IMG/VR virus record: IMGVR_UViG_3300025030_000023
Coordinates: 1-53,596 of that record
Strand: one strand, 5' to 3'
Length of the DNA stretch: 53,596 nt
DNA from: a virus
Lineage: Duplodnaviria > Caudoviricetes
The notes under the pieces were generated by a model that saw nothing but the letters and a program-made list of their open reading frames with translations, had not been told where the DNA came from and made no database searches. Positions within the stretch are counted from its first letter, which is position 1. The number at the start of each line of letters is the position of its first letter. The position numbers and the translations under genes were made by a program. Of this stretch, positions 45,385 to 53,596 are shown in pieces.

Positions 45385-47868
45385 ATGAAACGCTTTCTCG
45401 CCTCCCTCCTCATAGCCGCCTTTCTTGCCGCTTGCGGCTCCCCTCACCCCGCCGAAGCAGCCACCAACGCACAGAGTATCACCTTTTTGCTCTCCCAGGT
45501 CCGCAACACATCGGGACCGCTGGCAGGGGGGAAGGTCTACGCATACGCGGCAGGGACCAGCACCCCGAAAACTATCTGGCTGAACAGGTCGAAATCAACG
45601 GTTGCCGCCAACCCCTACACACTGGACAGCAACGGCACGGCCCCCCTGTTTGGGGATGGTCTGTATCGCTTCGTTATCAAGACAGCGGCGGGTGTGACGG
45701 TCTACGACAGGGATTATGTTAGTGTCCGTGACGCTTCAGGGTACGTTTATAACGTGGAAGATTACGCATCCCTAGCAGCGGCAGTGGCGGCTATCGGCAA
45801 CACACGCGCAACGCTGCAATATTCAACAGATCAGACCTTATCCGCACATCTTTCTGTCCCATCAACACTAGAACTTTTGCCTGTAAATGGGGCCATTATC
45901 AACCACGGTTCTTATACGGTCTACTACGGGGGCAGCACGGCAAGGTGGGACTTAGCGCAGAAGTTCAACGGGACGGGAGCGGTTACCGGTCTTAGAGAGT
46001 TCCGCCCTGAATGGAACGGTGCAACAGGTGGTGCGGATGACACCATTGCGCTAAAGAAGACCTTTGTTGACGGTGCGGGGGCCAATATCTACTTGGTATC
46101 TGGCCGGACTTACACCACGGACGGCTCATTTATGAAGGTGTATTCCAACACCACCGTTTGGGGATACGGTGCGACATTGAAGATCAAGGACGGGTCCTAC
46201 ACCAGCGCGGTCTATTTCCTCGGAACCAGCGCAACCGTCAACCCAGTATCGGGCGACCCTTCGCTGGATGCAGTGACAGAAAATGTCACCATCCGTGGCC
46301 TTACTATGGATGGCAACACAAGCAACATTACCACCACGGCGTCAAGTACCGCAGTGTTCGTCTATCGGGGCAAGAACTGGACTATTGAGGATGTGGTTAT
46401 AAAGGAAATGCCGGGGGAGATCGGCGGCGGATACGGGATCATTGGGTCCATGTCCGATGGAGTCTATGTCAACCGCTGCGAGATTGACCGCACGGATCGC
46501 TCCAACGTTTACGTGTGGGAGACAAAGAACTTCGTCATCACCAACAGCAAGCTCAACGGCTCCTACTACCGCGACTGTATCACGGCTGGCGGGAATGACC
46601 CGCAGCAGTTCCAGCGGTCCAACCTGAAAATATCCAACTCGGTACTGACCAGCGAATATCCAACATCAACCCACGTACTCCGATTCAGCGGCCCGGTTGA
46701 CGGGATGCTGAACAACTTGGAAATCAACGGATATCTAGCTGACAATGGTGGGGGCAGTGGGGCCACGGCTACAGCCACCATATCGGGCGGAGTGGTCACA
46801 GGGGTCAACATCACCAGCGGTGGTTCAGGATACACCACCGTACCTGACATTCAGATTCTCGGTGGCGGCGGGAGTATAGCTACCGCGACGGCCACAGTAT
46901 CGGCAGGGGCTGTCGATACCATCACTGTGACGGATGGTGGCACAGGGTACACCAGCGCGCCCGACGTGAGAATAGGCGAGGGGTCGGAAGGCATCTACAT
47001 TGCAGGCACTATACCTATCTCGGTTGTCGCCAACAACGTGAGGATCAACAACGCTCAGTACGGTGTGCTGATGGAGACCAACGCTGCACACAACCTGCAA
47101 ATGAACAATTTTGAGATAGGAGGCACGACCGCTGCCCGTAACGGCATCCGCATACTGTCCTCCGGTTCCAGTGTCAAATTTACCAACGGGCTGATTAAAT
47201 CCACACTTCAACCTCTATATGTGGCGTTCGCCACACGGTCAAACACCTCTGGTGTTGATATCGAGGGAGGTAGTTCCGCTATATCGCTCTTGCCAGTTAC
47301 GGGCGGGACCACCGTATTTGCCAACAACACGATCAAGGGGATGACTTCCGCATCGTACTCTGTGCTGGTGGGCGGCGACAGCGCGGCAGTGCCGAGCATC
47401 ACAGGCAACGTGTGCAGGGGCAACACCGTCGATCAGATCAGAGGGCTTTACAGTGGTAGATTTATCGGTAATGACTGCACCGTTGTCGCCACTGGCGCTA
47501 ACTCCCAAATGGGCAATAGTACGCGAACAGTGCAGGCTTCTGCCGTCCCTGTGATAGATACTTGGGGTGTTAACGACAGGGCTGTCAGGTTCCCCTCCGC
47601 CGTAGGCCAACCCTGTGCGTGGTCGGTAACCACTGCGGGTGGGGCGTATTCCACTACCAGGGCAAATTCAACTGCGTACACGTCCAACACTTGGGCAAAG
47701 TGGACCACAGGAACGACAGTATGGAAATGCACCACAGCGGGGACTAGCGATGTAGCTGCACCTAGTATAGCCGGGAAAGTAGTAGGCGATACGGTAACCG
47801 ATGGAACTGTCATCTGGACAATGCAGAGTCTTACTTCTGCCGTATTTACCAGCGAAGGTAATCTCTAA
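45385..47868 (+). CDS. Tailspike with right-handed beta-helix and N-terminal signal peptide
   Basis: PLAGGKVYAYAAGT...ANPYTLDSNG head-binding-like domain; GATGGADDTIAL; parallel beta repeats. Confidence 0.85.
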   Translation: MKRFLASLLIAAFLAACGSPHPAEAATNAQSITFLLSQVRNTSGPLAGGKVYAYAAGTSTPKTIWLNRSKSTVAANPYTLDSNGTAPLFGDGLYRFVIKTAAGVTVYDRDYVSVRDASGYVYNVEDYASLAAAVAAIGNTRATLQYSTDQTLSAHLSVPSTLELLPVNGAIINHGSYTVYYGGSTARWDLAQKFNGTGAVTGLREFRPEWNGATGGADDTIALKKTFVDGAGANIYLVSGRTYTTDGSFMKVYSNTTVWGYGATLKIKDGSYTSAVYFLGTSATVNPVSGDPSLDAVTENVTIRGLTMDGNTSNITTTASSTAVFVYRGKNWTIEDVVIKEMPGEIGGGYGIIGSMSDGVYVNRCEIDRTDRSNVYVWETKNFVITNSKLNGSYYRDCITAGGNDPQQFQRSNLKISNSVLTSEYPTSTHVLRFSGPVDGMLNNLEINGYLADNGGGSGATATATISGGVVTGVNITSGGSGYTTVPDIQILGGGGSIATATATVSAGAVDTITVTDGGTGYTSAPDVRIGEGSEGIYIAGTIPISVVANNVRINNAQYGVLMETNAAHNLQMNNFEIGGTTAARNGIRILSSGSSVKFTNGLIKSTLQPLYVAFATRSNTSGVDIEGGSSAISLLPVTGGTTVFANNTIKGMTSASYSVLVGGDSAAVPSITGNVCRGNTVDQIRGLYSGRFIGNDCTVVATGANSQMGNSTRTVQASAVPVIDTWGVNDRAVRFPSAVGQPCAWSVTTAGGAYSTTRANSTAYTSNTWAKWTTGTTVWKCTTAGTSDVAAPSIAGKVVGDTVTDGTVIWTMQSLTSAVFTSEGNL

Positions 47869-47910
47869 CTTTTTAACCGTTTGCCGCCGAACAGCGACCA
47901 CGGAGGATAC

Positions 47911-50900
47911 ATGAAACGCTTTGCAACATACCTCGCCCTTGCCCTATGCCTCGCACTCCCCATCAGCCAGATTGTGCAGGGGGCCGCTACCCCTGTTGCC
48001 AATGTCGCCACAACCGAACGCGCGGGGATCGTCAAGCCCGGCGTCGGTCTTGAGGTTGAGGCAGACGGCACGCTCAATGCCACGGGTGAGACTACGGCGG
48101 GGATTTCTCCGGAAGTCTTCGCTAGCTACACCGGAGCAGGCGGGGGACGCGTCACCTTCGATCAAATCTCCTCGCTGGTAGGACCGGCAGGACAGGCAGC
48201 GACCATCGCTGTCGGCACCGTTACCACGGGCGCTGCGGGATCTTCGGCCACGGTCAATAACACCGGCACCAGCTCGGCAGCGGTACTTGACTTCTCCATT
48301 CCAAGGGGAGCAACGGGACTACAAGGCATCCAAGGCATCCAAGGTGTGCAGGGTGTGCAGGGTATCCAAGGCACCGCTGGCGGCTCAATGGCATGGCGCG
48401 GGGTTTACAGCGAAGTGGTCGAGTACTACGCCAATGATGCCGTCTCTTATGGCACCCCCGCAGCAACCTACATTGCTATTGCCACATCCACGGGCCAACT
48501 CCCCGACGCTGAAGGGTCCGCTTATTGGAGTATCAGCGCCGATCACGGCGAGCAGGGGATACAGGGCGAAACTGGCCCCGAAGGTCCGCAGGGGATACAG
48601 GGGTTCCAGGGATACAGCGGAGCTACCGGACCGCAGGGAATACAGGGAGAAACTGGCGAGACAGGACCGCAGGGGGCAGCGGGTACGGACGGCGGAACGC
48701 TCAATTTCCTAGGGGCATGGTCCGCCTTCACCAACTATTCAACGCTCGACTCCGTGACTTACAACGGCTCTAGCTTCGCGGCCAAACTGCCGTCGCTCAA
48801 CCTCCCTCCGTGGATACCTCCCGCAAGCCCGACCACCCCGCAGAATGACACATGGCAGATGCAGGCGCAGAAGGGCGCGGACGGCGCAACGGGGGCAACG
48901 GGTGCCACAGGCGCAACGGGTCCGGCAGGATCTACCGACCATGCCGCACTCAGCAACCTCGACTATGACGGTAGCGGCCACACGGGTTTTACATCTACCG
49001 CCGCCTTCACCTCCTATTCCACCGCCCGTGCCGCGCAGTTTACCGCTGCCAGTGCATTGATACAGCGGCCATGCAGCAAACTCGTTTGCGCCTCCAACGC
49101 CACCAACACCACGGGCTGCGATTACTTGGCAGACGGCACAGCGGATGAAGTGCAGATCAACGCGGCCATTGCAGCTGTCGGCACCTACGGCGCAGTATGC
49201 CTCTCCGATGGGGTGTTTGAGACTGACGCCACTATCACGATAAATAATTCATATTTCGCGCTTAAGGGGCAAGGCGGCGGTGCTACGGTCATCCACAGGA
49301 ACACTGACTACGGTGACACGGTGCTTGTCAGCCACTCCAGCCCCGTGACTTCCATGAGCTGGAACGTGGCAATTACCGGTATCAAGTTTCACAACGAGAC
49401 GGTTGCCATGACGGATGTCGGCGGAACCCTCCCCTACGGCTCGGCCCACATCCACCTCAAATCCGTGGGGCGAGTTCTTCTGGCCGATAATGAGTACAGG
49501 GGGCATTTAGGCGGTATCTTGAGCGAGGGTGCGCGGCAGGTAGAAATCACCCAATTCAAAGCTAATACCGGTTTGCTCTACACCGGAGGCGAAGACACCT
49601 ATAACTTCCGCTCGGTAGTCGGCCCAGGCGATGGAATATCAGTTGACCCGCAAAGCTACTCTGTCCACGTCCACGGCATGGAGTTCGGTAGCGAGTCAAC
49701 GGGGTTCTACAAGTATGGCTTTTGGGTGCAGTCGCTCGATGACTTCTCAGTAACGGGCGGTCACCTCAACGGATACATCCACAGCGGGGTTTTGCTGGAT
49801 AAAGTTGCAGCCAGTAAGTCAATCATTACCAGCAGGTTTCAGGGAGTCTACTTCGACGGCAACACGTCAGGAGCCAGTACCCGCGCCGTCACCATTCAAG
49901 GCACTGGCGGCACTGGTAACTATGGTGGGCTCACCTTTGCCAATGGTGCGTTCATGGGACAGGCGACCACTGAGAACGCCTTTTACATCAACTCCACCTC
50001 CGTCAAGGGTGTCCAGATCAAAAACAACGATATCTGGAATTACACACAAACCGGCATAGACATCGCGGCAGGTTCCGGAATCTCGGTCCAAGGCAACAGC
50101 ATTGCCAAGAACAACACTTCTGCCGGAGCGTATGATGGCATCAGCGTTGCCGATAGTCTGACCGATATTGATATCTCTGGTAACACCATCGGCGGCGAGG
50201 CTGTCGGTTCTGGCACTCAGACTGTCGGCCTCCATGTCGGCACGGGCGTAACGGAAAGTACTTTTGCCCCCAACACCTACGGCGCAGGGAATACCACCGA
50301 TTACACGGTTTCCGCTACGGCGCAGAACATGAGACTGCACGGTGCTCTTGAGTTTTCGGACGGCACCAGCATGAGCACTGCGGCTAGTGGCAGTGGTTCA
50401 GGCGACGTCACCTCTGGTTCCAACATCACAGATAACGCCATAGTGCGCGGCGATGGCGGGACAAAAGGTGTTCAAGAAAGTGCTGTCTCAGTGGACGATA
50501 GCGGTAACATGACAACTGTCGGTTCTCTCTCTCTCGGCCAATCCAGCGACACCACTTCACGCCTCACCCTTTTAGGTGGTAGTGGAGGTAACTCTGTCCT
50601 CAAAATGGAACGCACCGCAGGTACGACCGAAAAGTGGGAGGCGAGCCTCGCCGGAGGTGGGCTTAGTTGGAAAGATACGGTAGCTGCAAAGACTGCGCTA
50701 ACTATCGATGGCAACGCCTCATACTCATACCTCATGCTTGGCAATACCAACGTAGAGGGGGGCAATTCGCGGGTTTCGGCGGTGATAGGCGAAAGCGCGG
50801 CCACTGGTAGCACCAACACCGCAGGAGGGGTAATTCACATCAGGGGTGGAGCCGGTACGGGTAGCGCGGCCCATGGCGCTGTATTCATAGGCGGATATGC

Positions 50901-51570
50901 TCCAGTGGCAAGCGGGACGACTAAACAGAGCACGGCGAAGTTTGAAATAGGCGTTAGGACAAATGGCATACTGTTTGACCTTGACGGCGTATCTGACAGC
51001 TTTACGCCCGAAGCTGGGGTTGATTTCGGTTTTAATGGACCTGTTAAAGTCGAAACTCTCAACGGCAATACCATCACCACCGGCACCGGCACCCTCACCC
51101 TTGGGGCAGGCAAGACCCTTACTGCCAGCAACACCCTCACCTTGACTGGCACGGACAGCAGCTCGGTGGCCTTCGGTGATGGCGGCACGGTGGCTTATCA
51201 GGGCGGTGCGCTCGGGGCGGCTACGGCTACCACGGCAGCACCAGGGACCAACACGACGCAGGTAGCTACTACGGAGTTCGTGACTGCTGCGGTGTCTGGT
51301 GCCGCCGTGGTAACTGCCGCCGTCATATACGACGCCGCCAACATCACCGCTGGAACCAACGGGGCAATAAATTCGTTCACCGTGACCGGCGCGGCTGTAG
51401 GGGATATCGTACAGGTCAGCGTCAGCAACACGACAATCGGCAACAACCTCATTTTGACAGGGTACGTGTCATCCGGCAATGCCGTTGATGTCAAAGGGTA
51501 CAGACCGGCAGGTTCAGATTACGATCCTCCGTCGGCAACCTATTACATTCGAGTGATAGCTCACCCGTAA
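47911..51570 (+). CDS. Collagen-like tail fibre with beta-helix domain and N-terminal signal peptide
   Basis: G-X-Y runs; DGTADEVQINAAI; NTTQVATTEFV. Confidence 0.85.
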   Translation: MKRFATYLALALCLALPISQIVQGAATPVANVATTERAGIVKPGVGLEVEADGTLNATGETTAGISPEVFASYTGAGGGRVTFDQISSLVGPAGQAATIAVGTVTTGAAGSSATVNNTGTSSAAVLDFSIPRGATGLQGIQGIQGVQGVQGIQGTAGGSMAWRGVYSEVVEYYANDAVSYGTPAATYIAIATSTGQLPDAEGSAYWSISADHGEQGIQGETGPEGPQGIQGFQGYSGATGPQGIQGETGETGPQGAAGTDGGTLNFLGAWSAFTNYSTLDSVTYNGSSFAAKLPSLNLPPWIPPASPTTPQNDTWQMQAQKGADGATGATGATGATGPAGSTDHAALSNLDYDGSGHTGFTSTAAFTSYSTARAAQFTAASALIQRPCSKLVCASNATNTTGCDYLADGTADEVQINAAIAAVGTYGAVCLSDGVFETDATITINNSYFALKGQGGGATVIHRNTDYGDTVLVSHSSPVTSMSWNVAITGIKFHNETVAMTDVGGTLPYGSAHIHLKSVGRVLLADNEYRGHLGGILSEGARQVEITQFKANTGLLYTGGEDTYNFRSVVGPGDGISVDPQSYSVHVHGMEFGSESTGFYKYGFWVQSLDDFSVTGGHLNGYIHSGVLLDKVAASKSIITSRFQGVYFDGNTSGASTRAVTIQGTGGTGNYGGLTFANGAFMGQATTENAFYINSTSVKGVQIKNNDIWNYTQTGIDIAAGSGISVQGNSIAKNNTSAGAYDGISVADSLTDIDISGNTIGGEAVGSGTQTVGLHVGTGVTESTFAPNTYGAGNTTDYTVSATAQNMRLHGALEFSDGTSMSTAASGSGSGDVTSGSNITDNAIVRGDGGTKGVQESAVSVDDSGNMTTVGSLSLGQSSDTTSRLTLLGGSGGNSVLKMERTAGTTEKWEASLAGGGLSWKDTVAAKTALTIDGNASYSYLMLGNTNVEGGNSRVSAVIGESAATGSTNTAGGVIHIRGGAGTGSAAHGAVFIGGYAPVASGTTKQSTAKFEIGVRTNGILFDLDGVSDSFTPEAGVDFGFNGPVKVETLNGNTITTGTGTLTLGAGKTLTASNTLTLTGTDSSSVAFGDGGTVAYQGGALGAATATTAAPGTNTTQVATTEFVTAAVSGAAVVTAAVIYDAANITAGTNGAINSFTVTGAAVGDIVQVSVSNTTIGNNLILTGYVSSGNAVDVKGYRPAGSDYDPPSATYYIRVIAHP

Positions 51571-51593
51571 CCCGCCCGATAGGGGCTAGGAGT

Positions 51594-51653
51594 TTGCGGC
51601 TAGGCTGATCCCCGAAAGCGAGAACCCTACTCGTTGCCGCAATTCACTTAGGG
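51594..51653 (+). ncRNA. Small structured RNA with a possible pseudoknot
   Basis: TTGCGGC/GCCGCAA stem; inner GCGAG/CTCGT hairpin whose loop CCCTA matches downstream TAGGG. Confidence 0.5.
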
Positions 51654-51672
51654 ATATCCGAAGGGGGGATTT

Positions 51673-51852
51673 ATGGTTACTGTCTGGTTTTTTGGCTTTT
51701 TGATTACACTTGGGGCAACATTGGAAGCTAAGGCTGACGGTTTCCTGGACGGTTTACGCCTGTGGCTTATCTGCATGTTCTGGCCTCTGTTTTGGGGCGC
51801 AGTGGCGCGTAAATATTTAAAACTGAAGGGCGTTTTAGGAGAAGATTATTAA
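51673..51852 (+). CDS. Small membrane protein (59 aa), moron-like
   Basis: Two hydrophobic segments, WPLFWG; T-rich; flanked by 18-bp direct repeats. Confidence 0.6.
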   Translation: MVTVWFFGFLITLGATLEAKADGFLDGLRLWLICMFWPLFWGAVARKYLKLKGVLGEDY

Positions 51853-51889
51853 TGCGATACTAACACCCCGATAGGGGCTAGGAGGGAAT

Positions 51890-52105
51890 ATGACACGGTT
51901 GAAACTTCTTATCAACGCTGCAATATATTGGCTCGACCCACAACGCGGGGCGATAGACGCATTGCTTCGCAAAGTGAAGGCGCAGGACGATTTGATTCTC
52001 ACCATTACGGCAGACCGCCAGTCTATCGAAAATGAGAATGCAAAGCTGTGGGCGCGCATTGCCGAACTTGAGTCTGTCGTGGAGGCACACGATGCAGCCG
52101 ATTAA
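51890..52105 (+). CDS. Coiled-coil hypothetical protein
   Basis: AGGAGG RBS. Confidence 0.6.
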   Translation: MTRLKLLINAAIYWLDPQRGAIDALLRKVKAQDDLILTITADRQSIENENAKLWARIAELESVVEAHDAAD

Positions 52106-52209
52106 CCGAGAAGCCTTTTTCGACTCCTACCGCACTCACTACCGAATTAGGTTGTAAGTGTGGCGGTAAATGCAGTATAATATGACCTCCTTGAAGGAGG
52201 ATAACAATT

Positions 52210-52755
52210 ATGGATAAACCTAGCTATAAATGGACTTATGCTGAGTGTAAAGCAAACGGTGTCTGCCCTTCTTGCAGATCAAAAACGCCTGTACCCGGCA
52301 AGGCTCTCTGTAAAGAGTGCCGAGAAAACAGAGCCTTGCCCCACAACAAAGCTCGTCAAAAAAAGATGGTCCAAGCCCTTGCCTCTAGATATCACGAAAA
52401 GGGAATGTGCCGGTGTGGTAGACCATCGTTGCCAGGGGTAAAGATATGCCAATCGTGTTCTGACAAAGCCAAAGTCGCGAGAGATAAAATCAGGGACAAC
52501 ATACTGGTACATTATGGAGACAAGTGTGCTTGTTGCGGGGAGCACAGGAGAGAATTTCTCACAATAGACCATATTAACAATGATGGACACCGTGAAAGGA
52601 AAAAGTTGGACTGTCGGGGGTACTCTGGTGGTTTTTACCACAGCATAATAAAACGTGGGTTCCCTGACCACTATCAAATTTTGTGCTGGAACTGCAACTG
52701 CGCAAAAGGTCGTTATGGCCAATGCCCACATGAAAAGGAGCGAAATAATGTCTAG
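52210..52755 (+). CDS. HNH-like endonuclease with Cys-rich repeats
   Basis: HYGDKCACCGE...LTIDHINNDG...QILCWNCN. Confidence 0.85.
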   Translation: MDKPSYKWTYAECKANGVCPSCRSKTPVPGKALCKECRENRALPHNKARQKKMVQALASRYHEKGMCRCGRPSLPGVKICQSCSDKAKVARDKIRDNILVHYGDKCACCGEHRREFLTIDHINNDGHRERKKLDCRGYSGGFYHSIIKRGFPDHYQILCWNCNCAKGRYGQCPHEKERNNV

Positions 52756-53167
52756 AATTGGCACGCTTGAACCAGATTTCAAGCCGCTGATAGAGGAACT
52801 ATTAGCTAGGACCGAAGCCGCCACAAATCGCAAGTGGGGGATTAGCGATGCACGGCGAACTATGGCACAGCAGCGCAACATCTATGCACAGGGGCGCACC
52901 AAACCCGGCAAGGTAGTCAGCAATGCCAAACCGGGGCAGTCGGCGCACAACTTCGGATACGCTGTGGACCTGTGGCCGATGAAAGGTGATGACTTCGATT
53001 GGAACGCAAGTGCAAAGACTTTTAAGGTGATGGCCGACATCGCTGTCAGTATGGGGCTAACCGCTGGTTACTATTTCAAAAGTATCTTCGATGCACCTCA
53101 CATAGAGAGTCCCAAGTGGAAAAAGCAGCAGGCGCTTTGGAAGGACGGCGCTTTAGATGTCGCATGA
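52748..53167 (+). CDS. Endolysin, M15 family peptidase
   Basis: RTMAQQRNIYAQGRTKPG, SAHNFGYAVD, DAPHIE. Confidence 0.92.
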   Translation: MSRIGTLEPDFKPLIEELLARTEAATNRKWGISDARRTMAQQRNIYAQGRTKPGKVVSNAKPGQSAHNFGYAVDLWPMKGDDFDWNASAKTFKVMADIAVSMGLTAGYYFKSIFDAPHIESPKWKKQQALWKDGALDVA

Positions 53168-53409
53168 AGGCGCTTGCCCTCCTTCTTGCCCTCTCTCTCA
53201 CCTCCTGCATCGGCCTCGGAGCTCGCCGCAGCTCCTTTGAGTATTCCGACGGCCGCAAGGTGATTGTTTACTGCCAGAGTGACGGGCGGTGTCAGGATGG
53301 GAACGTCATAATTGATAACAGAGGGCCGCTGGCGGCTGTGTGGGCGGCTGGTACGGCGGCGCTCGGCAGGGTCTACGACAGGATCAAGGATGAACCAACG
53401 GTGAAATAG
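53164..53409 (+). CDS. Lipoprotein, possible spanin
   Basis: MKALALLLALSLTS|C lipobox; follows the endolysin. Confidence 0.6.
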   Translation: MKALALLLALSLTSCIGLGARRSSFEYSDGRKVIVYCQSDGRCQDGNVIIDNRGPLAAVWAAGTAALGRVYDRIKDEPTVK

Positions 53410-53417
53410 GGGGCAAC

Positions 53418-53552
53418 ATGGAGCCGACCTTTTGCACATGGGCACAGGGTGTCTGCCCTTACAACAACACCCCCACCTGCCCCAAGATGCCAGTTTTAAC
53501 CCATTGCAATGCACTGAGAGAGGCCAATAGAAAGGCCAAGGAGGGGAAATGA
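53418..53552 (+). CDS. Small Cys-rich protein
   Basis: 44 aa, 4 Cys; ATGA coupling to the DUF1353-like gene. Confidence 0.45.
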   Translation: MEPTFCTWAQGVCPYNNTPTCPKMPVLTHCNALREANRKAKEGK

Positions 53553-53596
53553 AGGTGATTTCCAGCATAGAGTTTTCCATTCTCGACAATGGCAAG
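53470..53596. repeat. Terminal direct repeat, copy 2
   Basis: Exact match to 1-127. Confidence 0.97.

Noticed and set aside
45385-51570. Diversity-generating retroelement or tail-fibre invertase system
   Set aside because: No reverse transcriptase, TR/VR pair or invertase was seen
1-53596. Integrase/attP and a specific host assignment
   Set aside because: No tyrosine or serine recombinase ORF was recognised; the host cannot be fixed from sequence alone beyond a probable diderm bacterium

Overview
The window is most likely one complete, circularly permuted dsDNA phage genome of about 53,469 bp; bases 1-127 are repeated exactly at 53470-53596. It has podovirus-like (P22/N4-type) morphogenesis genes: TerS, TerL, portal, scaffold, major capsid, tail hub, three ejection proteins, tailspike, collagen-like fibre and an M15 endolysin. 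Replication and early genes include a DUF1376 initiator with iterons, two SF2 helicases, a domain-permuted primase, a Rad52-like annealase, three DNA methyltransferases and homing endonucleases. No integrase, DNA polymerase, reverse transcriptase, tRNA or CRISPR array was seen. The most unusual features are non-coding or architectural: (1) a dispersed family of ~105-118 bp imperfect elements of two subtypes that bracket cargo genes as inverted pairs; (2) two paralogous modules of conserved element, iterons, leaderless RepL-like gene and C5 methyltransferase with a nested out-of-frame subunit; (3) a small array of integron-type cassettes with attC sites but no IntI; (4) two promoter-proximal three-hairpin leaders with covarying kissing-loop complementarity; (5) virion proteins carrying Sec or lipoprotein signal peptides; (6) a cupin-SET protein in the virion operon alongside Lys-rich peptides. 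All calls come from reading motifs by eye; no database search was run.
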